IMG/VR virus record: IMGVR_UViG_3300013426_000018
Location: 32,001-96,000 of that record
Strand: one strand, 5' to 3'
DNA: 64,000 bases
From: a virus
Taxonomy: Duplodnaviria; Caudoviricetes
Below are positions 44,946-56,814 of the stretch, in pieces. Below the pieces are notes generated by a model. It was given only the letters and a program-made list of their open reading frames with translations, was not told where the DNA came from and ran no database searches. Every line of letters starts with the position of its first letter. The stretch's first letter is position 1. The position numbers and the translations under genes are program-made.

Positions 44946-45221
44946 ATGGAGATTACTAATAAAGAAGCTGTCTTTAATGCTTTAAAAACCTATGGATGTT
45001 CTACCTCTAAGCAAATTGCAAATCTTATTCATAAAGATTATAACATTAATATTACTCCCGCCCAAGTAGCTGGCTCGATTCGAACATTTATTAAAAGTGG
45101 TATGGCCGCAAGTTCTAAGGATGGGTATAACAATACTTACTATTGGCTTAATGATAACTGTTTTTGGGGCAATATCGCAGTTCTTGACGATATCTCTGGT
45201 ATTTGGAGGCTTAAAAAATGA
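44946..45221 (+). CDS. Small winged-helix protein
   Basis: TSKQIANLI..TPAQVAGSIRTFIKSG..TYYWL. Confidence 0.65.
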   Translation: MEITNKEAVFNALKTYGCSTSKQIANLIHKDYNINITPAQVAGSIRTFIKSGMAASSKDGYNNTYYWLNDNCFWGNIAVLDDISGIWRLKK

Positions 45222-45796
45222 ATTTGCCCGGAGTATATAAAATTTTTCTTGACAGATGGGATGAATATCAGTCTTGCTTCCTTGTCTCAGATACCCATTT
45301 TGGAGAAATGGATTTAGAAAAAGCATATCCTTTTCGCCCAAAAGCAGAAGAATTCGTTAAGTTAATTAATTCTAAAGTTGGGCGTAAAGATATTATTATT
45401 TGTTTGGGTGATTGCGGCAACCTTGAATACTGGAAGAAGATTCGTGGCTATAAGATACTTATAATGGGAAATCATGATACTAGTATTAAAAAGTGCCATA
45501 AGGTATTTAATGAAGTCTATCAGGGACCTGTTATTCTCGGTGAAAAGTTAATCTTATCCCATGAGCCCATTGCTGGCATCGATTGGGCATTAAATTTTCA
45601 CGGGCATACACATGATGGGCCCATTAAATCTGATCCTTATCATCTTAATATCAACTGCGATGCTAACAAGAGATATGAACCTTTTAACTTAAATAGTATG
45701 TTAAAGCATGGCCCAACTGCACATATTAAATCTCTTCATAGAGATATTATTGATAAAGCAACAACTCGAAAAAGTAAAAGAGGTGCCCGCAAATGA
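45218..45796 (+). CDS. Calcineurin-like metallophosphoesterase
   Basis: SDTHF, LGD, GNHD, SHEP, HGHTH. Confidence 0.92.
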   Translation: MNLPGVYKIFLDRWDEYQSCFLVSDTHFGEMDLEKAYPFRPKAEEFVKLINSKVGRKDIIICLGDCGNLEYWKKIRGYKILIMGNHDTSIKKCHKVFNEVYQGPVILGEKLILSHEPIAGIDWALNFHGHTHDGPIKSDPYHLNINCDANKRYEPFNLNSMLKHGPTAHIKSLHRDIIDKATTRKSKRGARK

Positions 45797-46143
45797 AAGT
45801 TTATATTATTACAGATGATGAAGACGCTTATTTTGTTGAGGAATCTCCATTTGTTTGTTCTAATAGAGGTGACGCTGAAGAGATTCTACTTTCTCTTTTG
45901 GAAGAAGATATGCTAGATTCTTTTAATTATCTTTGTCAGGATGATGAAGAAGAGTTTTGCTGTGTTCCTTCTAGAGTTCTTCCTTGGGAAGATGAATTCT
46001 ATGTAAATTGTAAGCAATGTGATAGATTTATGTGTAAAAAATTAAAAGAAATTCTTAATTGTTATGATTTGATTAGCTTTAATCATTATAAAATTATTGA
46101 AACTGAATTGTTTTAAAGGAAAATATGTGGAGAAAAAATAAAT

Positions 46144-46428
46144 ATGAAAAGAATTGGTTACTTTTTGCTCGGTATTGTCTTTGCGTTCGTCCTATCTTTT
46201 GGCATTAATTCGGTTTCTGCTGCTGGTTTTACTGAGCCTTTGGAAATTTATTATCAAAATACTAATCAAGATATGAATACTTTTTGTATTATTGATCGTG
46301 ATACTGGCGTTAACTATGTTGTAGTCCAGTATAAAGCAGATATTTATAAAAGTAATTCTAATGGCTCAGTAGCTATTTGCCCCAGATATGATTCTGATGG
46401 GAGTTTATATATTGATTATGGGAACTAA
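46144..46428 (+). CDS. Exported small protein (DUF6440-like)
   Basis: Signal peptide; IIDRDTGVNYV..ICPRYDSDG. Confidence 0.65.
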   Translation: MKRIGYFLLGIVFAFVLSFGINSVSAAGFTEPLEIYYQNTNQDMNTFCIIDRDTGVNYVVVQYKADIYKSNSNGSVAICPRYDSDGSLYIDYGN

Positions 46429-47071
46429 AGAAATTTAGTTCCTTTTTTTGTTTTTTATTAAAATTTTTGGTATAATATATATAGAAAGAATTAAGGAATA
46501 AAGCTCCTTAAAGAATGAAGAAAGGGATTGATAAAATATGGAAACTAATAGAGTTTATTGTGAAATTTATAACTCTGAAGAAGAAGATTGGGACCTTTAT
46601 CTTATGCCCGCAGATTTGGCATTTAGTATCCAGTTGGTGCTCGGCGGAGAATTTTTTCATTATGTTGATGAATCTGCTATTGAATTTGTGGAAGAATAAA
46701 TTATGGAAAATTATAATACTATTTGGCATATTAAATTAAATGATAATGGTAGACACTTCGATGATGTATATTTCGTTAGAGAAGAAGCTGCTAGACGATA
46801 TATTGAAATTAATAAAGATATATGGCGACGGGAAGGTTTATTTTGGACTCTTGGCGGCGAAACTTTGTGGTTGTAAAGGAATGTGATACTATGGAAAAAA
46901 TGATTTATGTAAAAAACATTGACGTAAATGAAGTTAACAGTTACCTTAAAAAGGCTGGAAAGTTAAGCTTATCTCTTCTGTAGCACAAAGCATTGCTCTT
47001 GGTGGCAAAGATTATGGCCCAGGGAAAGGTTCATATGGTGCTTATGTTGTTCTTGAGAAGGAGGATGAATA

Positions 47072-47938
47072 ATGAAATTTTTTATTGATTTTGAAGCAAC
47101 TCAGTATAGCGAATATATTATTAGTATTGGCTGTGTTAGTGAGATGGGCGAAAAATTTTATACTCTAGTACATCCTGTTAAAAAGAAACTCACTCCTTTT
47201 ATTACTGAAATGACTGGTATTACTAATGAAATGCTTGAATCTGCTCCTGACCCTGATTCTGCTTTTACTCTTTTTGCTGATTTTGTAAAAGAAACCAGTA
47301 GAGGTGAAGTTCCTGAATACTATTGCTATGGAAGCGGAGATAAAAAGTTTATTAAACGGACTTTGAACAGAATGCATAATTTTTATGCTATTATTTTTGC
47401 TCAGAGTATTATGAGTAACCTTTCTGATTATTCAGTTGATGTACTAAATTATTTTAATAGCTTTAAGGAAAATGCTCCTTCTCTTTTTAAGGCCTATTTG
47501 TTTTTGGCTAATAGAGATGGCGAGAAACAGAACCATGATTCTTTGGAAGATGCTCAGATGCTGAAGTATATTTATGAGCATCTTGAGGAAGCCATTCCCG
47601 CAGATGCCGAAAGGGTTTATAATATTGAAGTTGTTCCTAAGCCCTATCCCAAGAAGAGTGAACTTCCTGAATACGTAGTAGATTGGACGCATCGTAAAAA
47701 GAAAAAGATTATTTGGAAAGTTTGCGGAAGCCAGAAGCCTACTACAAAGATTATTGCTTATAATAATGAACGTAATCTGTATTTTGATAGTATCGAAGAG
47801 GCTGTGTATTGGATTAATCATTTCTTTAGACAAGTTTCTTTGAGAAATAAGGGAATTTTTGAAAATACTAAGAGTAGAATTGAGAAAGTCCTTGATAACG
47901 GAAAAGCTTTTTATGGGTTCCAGTGGAGGGTTGTTTAA
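47072..47938 (+). CDS. DEDDh 3'-5' exonuclease (ERI-1/KapD-like)
   Basis: FIDFEAT..ITEMTGIT..YGSGD..HDSLEDA. Confidence 0.88.
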   Translation: MKFFIDFEATQYSEYIISIGCVSEMGEKFYTLVHPVKKKLTPFITEMTGITNEMLESAPDPDSAFTLFADFVKETSRGEVPEYYCYGSGDKKFIKRTLNRMHNFYAIIFAQSIMSNLSDYSVDVLNYFNSFKENAPSLFKAYLFLANRDGEKQNHDSLEDAQMLKYIYEHLEEAIPADAERVYNIEVVPKPYPKKSELPEYVVDWTHRKKKKIIWKVCGSQKPTTKIIAYNNERNLYFDSIEEAVYWINHFFRQVSLRNKGIFENTKSRIEKVLDNGKAFYGFQWRVV

Positions 47939-48259
47939 TGAAAAATGATTGTAAATATTCGGCTGTTAGAGATATTGTAGATGATTGCGAAATTTGTGTA
48001 GTAAATTCTGATTATCTTTATGTACTAGGACGTAAATGCTGTAATGGAAAATGCCCTTGCGATTACTTTTCCCCGGATAATGAAGTTACTTCTTACATTA
48101 AAAAGAGAAGTCCTTTTATTACTGTTAAGCAATATCAAGCAATTATTGCTTTGTTTGGTAGTTTTTTAAAAGATAGTCTTTCTAAGGAAGAGATTAAAAT
48201 TTTTAAAGCATTTTTTGAATTATGGTTTGGCGAAGATATGGCATAAGGAGGAATAGGAT

Positions 48260-49528
48260 ATGTTGAATAAAGACGGAATACGTGAGCTTGCCTACCTGGT
48301 TCGCATTGATGCTATTAAGCCCATCGTTGGCTCTGATAACTGCGAGTGTGCTGTTGTTAATGGATGGGAAGTAATGGTGCGAAAGAATACCTTCACTGCA
48401 AATGATATTGGTATTTATTTTGAAATTGATTCTAAGGTAAATACTACTAAACCCGAATTTGCTTTTCTTGCCTCTAAGGGCGGTAAGATTAAAACTCAAC
48501 GTTATACCTTTGGTGGCAAGGGCTTGATGATTTCTCAGGGTTTGCTGATGCACCCAAGCGATTTTGGATGGACCATTGTAGAAAGAGAAGATGATACTTG
48601 CTCTACTATGGTGGTAGAAAAGAATGGTACTGCCCATAGAGTTGATGATGAATCTCGTTTTCTTACTTTTACTCTTGGAGTAACTTATTCTACTGCGGAA
48701 GATAATGCGCGTAAGACTAATCCAGATGATAAGTATAAGAAGATGGCTCAGCGTCATGCAAAGCTATTTAAGAAGCCTTTTGTACATTGGATTATGAAGC
48801 ATAATTGGGGCCGCAAGGTAATGTTCTTTTTCTTTGGTAAGAAGAAGGATAAGAAAAATGAGTGGCCTGTAGGAAAGTTCCCCGGTGTATCAAAAACAGA
48901 TCAGGAACGTGCTGAAAATATGTCATGGATTTTGAATGATAAGACGCCTTTTATTATGACTCAAAAATGTGATGGCTCTTCTGGAACTTATATTCTTGAG
49001 AGATTAAAGCATAATAAGTTTGAGTTCTATGTATGTAGTAGAAATATTAGAATGATGAATCCTAATCAGGAATGTTTCTATAAGGATAAGAACTATTACT
49101 GGGAAGTAGCTATTAAATATGATATTGAAAATAAGATGCGGGACTACCTCAATAAACATCCCGATGTGTCGTTCGTATGTTGGCAGGGAGAAATTTGTGC
49201 TCCGCAAATTCAGTCGAATCCCCATCATTTGAAAGAGACTCATTTCTATTGCTTCCATATGACTGATAGCAAAACTGGACGTTTTGACATTCGGGATGCG
49301 GCAAAAATTTGGCATGAGTACGATATGGAAGTAGTCCCTATTGTGGATGAAAATTATATTATGCCTGATGAATTTGAAGAGTTCAAGTTGAGTGCAGATG
49401 GCCTGTATGATGCTTCTGTATGTGAGGGAAATCCTAATTGTGCACGAGAGGGATTCGTTTATTATAAGACTACTGACCCAACTTTCTCTTTTAAGAATGT
49501 CTCAAGATTGTATCTTTTAAAGCATTAA
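48260..49528 (+). CDS. RNA ligase, Rnl2-like/DRB0094 family with N-terminal OB domain
   Basis: Motif I TQKCDGSS, CSRN, WQGEI, FYCF, REGFVY, SFKNVS. Confidence 0.9.
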   Translation: MLNKDGIRELAYLVRIDAIKPIVGSDNCECAVVNGWEVMVRKNTFTANDIGIYFEIDSKVNTTKPEFAFLASKGGKIKTQRYTFGGKGLMISQGLLMHPSDFGWTIVEREDDTCSTMVVEKNGTAHRVDDESRFLTFTLGVTYSTAEDNARKTNPDDKYKKMAQRHAKLFKKPFVHWIMKHNWGRKVMFFFFGKKKDKKNEWPVGKFPGVSKTDQERAENMSWILNDKTPFIMTQKCDGSSGTYILERLKHNKFEFYVCSRNIRMMNPNQECFYKDKNYYWEVAIKYDIENKMRDYLNKHPDVSFVCWQGEICAPQIQSNPHHLKETHFYCFHMTDSKTGRFDIRDAAKIWHEYDMEVVPIVDENYIMPDEFEEFKLSADGLYDASVCEGNPNCAREGFVYYKTTDPTFSFKNVSRLYLLKH

Positions 49529-49629
49529 TTTTTTGGTCAAAGTTTAAATATTTATAACTTTTATATTACAGAAAATATTGATGGAAAAATTATATTCATC
49601 AATATTTTCTGTAAAAGGTAGGATGAAAA

Positions 49630-50394
49630 ATGGGTAAAGTTATAGATATGATAGGGCAAAGATTTGGAAGATTAATAGTCTTATCGAGAGCTTAGAATGA
49701 TCGTTTTGGAAAAGCTTAGTGGTTATGCCAATGTGATTGTGGAAACCAGAAGATAATTAATGGAGCTTCTCTTAGAAGAGGGCTAACCGTATCTTGTGGG
49801 TGTAATGCTTTAGAAAAAATGGCAGAACATAGATTAGAGTAGGTTAAAGATGAAAGCGGTAAAGTATATGGTTATTTAACTGTAATAGATAGAAATACAG
49901 ATCCTAAAAATGTAAAAGATGGCAGAGCGATGTGGAATTGTCTTTGCAAGTGTGGAAATACTTGTATTGTGTCAGGGAGACTTTTGCGAGAAGGGCATAC
50001 TACTTCTTGTGGATGCCGAAAATAGTCCAAAGGAGAAGAAAAAATTGAAAATATTTTATTAACTAATAGTATTGAATATGCCAAGGAATATATTGTAAAT
50101 GCGAGAAAAGATAATATTAAAGCCAGGGCAAGATTTGATTTTGCGATATTTAAAAATAGCTCTTTATAGTATTTTATTGAATATGATGGAAGTTAGCCTT
50201 TTGAAGAAAATGTCAAAGAATATGGCCATGGCTGGAATCGCAGAGAAAATTATGAAAAAACAAAAGAAAGAGATATGATAAAAAATCAATGGTGTAAAAA
50301 TAACAATATTCCTTTAATTCGTATTCCTTATACACATTTAGAAGATTTGAGATTAGAAGACTTATTATTAGAAACTTCTCAATTTATTATTTAA
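49630..50394 (+). CDS. Free-standing Vsr-like/DUF559-type homing endonuclease, TAG=Gln (missed by the track)
   Basis: MGKVIDMIGQRFGRLIV..WLCQCDCG..SCGC x2; SKGE..RFDFAI..IEYDGS(Q)PF..RDMIKNQWC..LIRIPY. Confidence 0.85.
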
Positions 50395-52087
50395 AAGAGG
50401 TTTAAAACATGGAAGAACTAAGACCTTTTCTGTATGAGTATGCTCATGAAAGAATTGGGCGAATGCTCAATTCTAATCCAGAGTATAGAGATATGTCTGA
50501 CGAAAAGCTTTATCAGATCGCTTCTCTTCTGGAAGAAGAATTTAAATCTTATCCTTATGAAGGGGATTTGAAATATTCTCCTAAAATGCCCAAGCACGAA
50601 GCGGCAGTGTGGATTTTTGAATATGTCTATGCACGCAATATGGCTAAACGTGCTAAGGAGGGGTAATTCCCTCCTTTTTTGTTTTTTATAAAATTTTTTG
50701 ATATAATATTTATAGAAAAATTGGGAAGCTATGTTTTCCTAAAAGGAGTTGTGTAATTTATGAATAATCGGATTCCTATTTATATGATTACTAGCTATGA
50801 AGTTCATAATGGAGAAATTCACAGCCAAGTTAATTGGGGTTTTTATTATTGTTTTAAGAATGCTGAAAAAGCAATCAAAGATTGTCCTGAAGATTTTTTT
50901 GAGCATTGTCACAATTACATTGTTATTGAGGAGCTCTTTCCTGGGCTTGCTAATTGTGGTAGAGCAAAATTCTATAAATATAATAGTGAAATTAAAAATT
51001 ATAATAAAATTGTTCGGCCTGAATTTTTTAATAATAAATGTGGTTTCTTTTGCTAAGGAGATATAAATTATGCTAATTAATATCCGACAAGGAATATTCG
51101 AGTCTAATTCATTTCTATATATACATAGTTTAACTATTGGGATGGAAGAGATGACTTCAAGAGGTAGAAAAAATAGAAAGGTCTTTTACCAAAAACTCAA
51201 TAGCTCCTGCGAATGAAAGATATTTTATTATGGATAATGTAGATAATATGTTTAATTATTTAAAGGAAAGGGAAAAAATGTAATGAACGAATGGACTTTG
51301 AGCGAAGTATGCTATAAGAATGGCTTCCGGGATGGGCAGGAGTCAGATGTCTATATTGTAACAAATCCTTACGGAGTTATTTATAGCGCCAGTCATGATT
51401 TAGATTCAGTTATAACTGAGATTGAAGCACTGGATGATTTTAAGACAATTACTCTTTCTATTTACTCCGTAAAGCCTGATGCTTGGGATATGGCCAATTT
51501 TATAACTTCTTATGATTGGAATTTTAAAAACAAGAGATATGAAAAGGTTCCTTAAATTGAAAAATTAAAAAATTTATGCTATAATATTATTATAAAAATG
51601 AAGGGAGCAAATAATTATGGAATATCAGTTTAGAGAAGAGTTTGATGAAGCCAGAAAGTATTGTACAAATGTTTATGGAGTAAATTCTAACTTTGTTAAT
51701 AATGATGATGAAGATGATTGGTTTGCTTGCCCTGAATGTGATGAACCTCTTTTGGCCGAGGATTGGGACAAGATTGAGGATTGGGAGCCTACAACTCCTT
51801 GGTCAGTATGTCCTATTTGTAATTATTCTTGGTATTCTGAAACTTATGGTGATTATGAAGAGGAAGATGATGAGCCTTATGCTGACTAAGTATGATAAAA
51901 TGTGTGTGGATATGAATGAAGCCTTGAAGGGTGGCGATAAGCTTGCACATAAAACTATTTCAGGCATCATTACAAAAAATATTAATGGTTTAGTCACAAA
52001 TTCTAATGAGGTAAGTTGGTAAGCGAGGGATAATTCCTTCGCTTTTGCCTTTTATAAAAAATTATGTTATAATATATATAGAAAGAA

Positions 52088-52453
52088 ATGATAAATATAG
52101 GGAAAAGAAATTGTCCTAATTGTGCCGCACCTTATGATATTCAGTTAAATAAATGTCCATATTGCGGCACTAGTTATTTTGATTTATCTAGCCTTGATTT
52201 AACTAATAAAGAACCTTTTTATTTAAAAATTAAAGCTTCCATTGAAGGCAAAGATTGTTATATAACTCAATTAGTTCGTCCTAATTGTGAAATGGAAATT
52301 CTAGTAGAACGTAATGATATATATGCCACTGGTGGATTAGGGAATGCTAAGTTGGTTGCCTTCCAAGCGGCCTCCTCTCTTAAAACAAAGTTGAGCTTTG
52401 AAGCAACAAAAATGGTAAAAGAAGATTTTATGATTGTGGAGATAGAAGAATGA
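52088..52453 (+). CDS. Zn-ribbon protein
   Basis: CPNCAAP..CPYCGT. Confidence 0.7.
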   Translation: MINIGKRNCPNCAAPYDIQLNKCPYCGTSYFDLSSLDLTNKEPFYLKIKASIEGKDCYITQLVRPNCEMEILVERNDIYATGGLGNAKLVAFQAASSLKTKLSFEATKMVKEDFMIVEIEE

Positions 52454-53412
52454 AATTAAAGACTGAAATAGAATGGTTGCTTTATAAGTGGTTTGGGATT
52501 AAAAGAAAATATCCTTGCGGACGAAAAAAAGGCGAGAGCTATCTTTGTTGTTGCCAGCCATGGATTGCGGAAAGACATTATTTAACAGAAGATAGGAAAG
52601 AATGGCACTGTAAAGTGTGTAATAGATGTGTAATTATGTCAAATCATAAAATGTCTGAAAATTTTGATGAAGTTTTATTTTGAAAAAGTTGGGGGATTTT
52701 TAAAAAAGAAATGAAGGATGTTAAAATTGTGATAGGGGCGTATTATATATGGGTGTTGTAAAAGACTTGACTGGTTAGCAATTTGGAAGATTGGGCAAAA
52801 GTAGAAGGAGATAATCGGTTCTTCAAAGCTCTTGTGGTAACTCATTGTAATGAATTTCCTAAGGGAGTTATTGAAAGTAAGTATTATAGTGACAACCCTT
52901 ATCAACTTAAAGAAAAAAAGTAAATTTGTATTTTTATAAAAATTTTGGTATAATATAAAAAAGGTAGAAAAATTGGTTATGCCATTGGGCTATTGATTGG
53001 TCTGGCTATTAATCTAGCTATTGGAGCATGGGTTGTTATGCTAATGTGGAACTTTGTAATTCCAAGCGTTTTCGGTCTTACTGTCATTAATTTTAAGCAG
53101 GCTTTTGCTTTGGAGCTATTATGTAATTGTCTTTTTGGCGGATTTAGTTATAGTGGATGAAATAATTTTCATCCCCTAATAGAAAGGATTTGGTATACAT
53201 GAGCAAAAGAGGAAAAGTGGAATATAATGATTTTTATTGTTTGAATTGCGGTCAACCCATTATGTTACCTCGTCGAACTGGGCATCAGTATCTCTCTGGG
53301 CACCGCAAAGTAATTTATTGTCCTTTTTGTAAAGAAACTGTAAATCATGTTCAGTGTAAGACCTATTGGGATGTTGTTGAGTTTAAAGAGGCCTTTCAGA
53401 GAGGTGAGTTCA

Positions 53413-53904
53413 TTGAAGAAGCAAAAGAAAGTATTAATTATGTCCGGAGTAATGGGTAGTGGCAAAACTACTTATTGTCAAAAGTGGATTGCCAAGCATA
53501 AAAATTCAATTTGGATTTCTAGAGATGAAATTAGATATTCACTTCTTGCTCCTGATGAAGAATATTTTTCAAGAGAAAAAGAAGTTTTAAAGGAGTTCCA
53601 CAAGCAAGCTCAAGAAGCAATTGATAATGATCAAGTTGATACTGTTCTTTTGGATGCTTCTCATTTAAGTGATAAAGCAATTTGGAAAACTCTGAAATAT
53701 TTGAATATATCAAGAGAAGTAAAGATTGTAAATGTGCGGTTAAACACTCCTTTAAATGTTTGTTTAGAGAGAAATGCGAGCAGAAAAGGTCGTGCCCGAA
53801 TATCTGATAATGTAATTAAGAATGCTTATAGTATTTTTTTAAATAGCGAGAAGTTTGATTGTGTGCGGAAACGCATCAATGAAGTCTGGGAGGTGACTGT
53901 ATGA
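53413..53904 (+). CDS. Polynucleotide kinase-like P-loop kinase (AAA_33)
   Basis: GVMGSGKTT, ISRDEIR, LDAS, CLERNASR; TTG start after GAGGTG. Confidence 0.88.
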   Translation: MKKQKKVLIMSGVMGSGKTTYCQKWIAKHKNSIWISRDEIRYSLLAPDEEYFSREKEVLKEFHKQAQEAIDNDQVDTVLLDASHLSDKAIWKTLKYLNISREVKIVNVRLNTPLNVCLERNASRKGRARISDNVIKNAYSIFLNSEKFDCVRKRINEVWEVTV

Positions 53905-54462
53905 GCCAGAATATCTTTTTTACTTCTGACTCTCATTGACTTTGGTCATGATAGAGACTTTATCTATAAACCTCGTGGGTTTGACAATATTTATGAGCAT
54001 GATGAAGTCATTATCCAGAATTGGAATAGTATAATTCAGCCTGATGATATTGTTTATCATTTGGGTGACGTGATGTTGGGTGATGATGATCATGGTATTA
54101 AATGTCTTCAAAGACTCAATGGCCATATCCATTTAGTTCGAGGCAATCATTGTACTGATAATAGACTAATTTTGTATGCTAGCTGTTGGAATGTAGAATC
54201 TGTTGGAGATTGGGCTATTATGATTAAAGATGGTAAACAAAGCATTTATCTTAGCCATTTCCCTACTATTACTTCTAATTATGATATTGAAAAACCTTTA
54301 AAGGCAAGGATTCTCAATTTGTGCGGGCATACCCATGGTAAAGATCCTTTCATGGATTGGAATAAAGGCCTTATCTATCATGTTGAATTAGATGCTCATA
54401 ATAATAAGCCTGTAGCATTAGAAGACGTTATGAAAGATATTAGAAAGAGGTTGGAAGAATGA
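53901..54462 (+). pseudogene. Metallophosphoesterase with a 4-nt insertion (TGAC, 53937-53940) after the first motif
   Basis: MSQNIFFTSDSH-[tgac]-FGHDR..HLGD..RGNH..SHFP..GHTH. Confidence 0.75.
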
Positions 54463-54732
54463 TTAGTATTTGGCATTTATTTTGGATTGTTCCACTAAGT
54501 TGTAGCATTGGGATGTTTGTTACAGCTCTTGTAAGTGTTAATAATCGTCATGGGGAGAATGATTAAGTTCATTCTCCTTTTTATTTTGGGATTGTAGATG
54601 CTCTGGGCGTTAAGGATAGTCATTCCCGCAAATTAAAACAAAAAAGCGATTTAGAAATTTTCAATTGGGTAATTAAAGATAATTAATTTTCTTTAATTTT
54701 AGTAAATAAAAAAGAGAAAAAGGAGAGTTTAT

Positions 54733-55389
54733 ATGGCAGATGTAGAGTATTGTAAATTAAATTTCACCGCAAGTGATATCAATAAAAGACTCGAAGATGT
54801 TGAAAATTTAAATCAAAATGTTAAGGCTATTGGAGAATATAACAAAGATAGAAATCAAAGCACTGGATATATACAGGAGCTTTAGGGAGAAATAAAGACA
54901 GTTGATGATAAAATTAGTGGTTTAAATATTACTTATGTTACGAGAGCAGACTTTTAGAGAATCGAAAGTACTGTTAATAGTCAGGGAGAAGATATTAGGG
55001 ATAATCTGTAGGATATTAAAACTTTACAAGCAAAAACCCTTGGTGTTAATTAGCCTATTGGATAGTCATCTTTACAGGATTAGATTTATAACTTATAGTC
55101 CAATAAAGTAAATATCTCAGATTTTGAAAATTTAAAGGCTAATACTGATAACCAAATAGCAAGTATAAAAAATAAAAATTCTGAATAGGATAGCACATTA
55201 ACCGCAATAGGAAGAATTGAGGATAAAGAAAATGGACAAAAAGGTAGCGGAGAATTAAGAAAATTGTAGCAGATTATAGAAAGTTATGGAGCGATTACAA
55301 CGCTTTAGAACGACATTAACACTTTAAAATCTAGTTTAGAAGCTTTACAGCTTGAAGTAAAAAATCTTAGAGATACAATTGGAGTTTAA
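54733..55389 (+). CDS. Coiled-coil (fibre-like) protein with about ten TAG codons (missed by the track)
   Basis: AAGGAG RBS; MADVEYCKLNFTASDINKRL... heptad pattern; open only in code 15. Confidence 0.75.
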
Positions 55390-55461
55390 AGCTTGAAAAT
55401 ATAAAAAAAATAAACCGGATTAACTTAATTGCTAATCCGGTTTATTATTATTATTATTATA

Positions 55462-56814
55462 TTACTATTGAATAAGTTTTCTTAATTCTGAAAGTTTGGT
55501 ATCTACTTCTGCTTTTGTATAAAAATTAGAAGTATCATAAGAAATTGCTAAAGCTTTAGTGTTATTTAGTAAAGCTAAGAAAGTAAAAGTGTCTCCACTT
55601 TTAGCCGTCCAATTAGTTAATGAAATACTAGTAGAACTTACAGTATAATTAGTATCTTTTATTAGTAATAATCCATTATAATATACTAGTATATCATAAT
55701 TACCAGTATTACAAGGAGTTTGTATTTTTGTAGGAATTGTAACAGAAGTAGCATTTGCCGTTAATGTAGTTGAATCTGAATAAAATACTGGATAAGTAGT
55801 TTCAGTCTCTTCCGCAAAGAATAATTGTCCATCAAAACCTTCTGTGGGGACAGTAGTTCCATAATTTCCAGAGTTTTCATCAAATCCTAATGGGCCAGTT
55901 AGTTTATGCTCTTCTCCTGCCGTTAGAGGGAGATATTCATCTAAGAATCCTTCACACGCAACAGGTTTGCCATCTTTAAAGTATACAGGATTCTTTGAAC
56001 TACCTGCATTTACAGACCCTAAAGTATCTACTTCAATGCCGGGTAAATGTCCATCAGTTCTAAAATGGTAATTAGCTCCATCATAATAAACTATATACAT
56101 GCCCTCAGGAAGAGTGCAGTTACTGCTTGAGCTAATGATTCCATTAATATAGATCGGCTTGGCTCCTTTAGAATTTATATTTAAAGTTAAAGCTCCTTTA
56201 TAACTATTCGCTAAAGTAATCATTGCTAAAAAATAGCGGTTAGAATCTAAATTATAATAAGAACAATAGCCAGTTTTCGCAGCAGTAGCTCCTGAAGTTC
56301 CAATTTGAACATTCATTGTATAATAGAAATTATTATACCAAAAATCTCTCACCCAATTTGCCCCATCATAAGTGAATGGGACAATCGCTCCAGCCTACCA
56401 ACCATTAGACGTTTGTGAGTTGTTCATACTTTCAGCAGTTGTTGAATCAGTAGCTCCTCTCATCGTTAGGGGAATCGCGTCCCCTCCATTTATTTTTAAA
56501 CTAAGAGGCTTAGTAGTTGTGCTATAGTAAGTATTCGCATAAGTAAATTTGATTAGAACACGAGCTCCTGTAATAAGTTTAAAATTATCGATAGTAACTT
56601 CTTTTATCTATAAGTTGCCTGCTGTAGAGCACTCCCCATAATTAGTGGCATTAGAGATATCTGCTCGAGCTGCATTTAAACATATGCGTTTTGTATCTGT
56701 ATCGATATAAAATTTTCCATCATCTGTGGTAAAGTAGCAATATCCTTCGGTTATATTAGGTCTATTTTTTGTCAAATTATCTTTTAGACCTTTTTCAATC
56801 TTAAAAAGTGCCAA
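55462..56814 (-). CDS. Tail fibre protein, TAG=Gln
   Basis: MALFKIEKG..EGYCYFTTDDGKFYID; two TL/LKIN..GA.P..YDGAN repeats. Joins two track ORFs and ends TAG-TAA. Confidence 0.8.

Noticed and set aside
46515-46739. Track ORF MKKGIDKIW...
   Set aside because: The likely gene is the overlapping frame from ATG 46538 (METNRVYCEIY...), which has the RBS.
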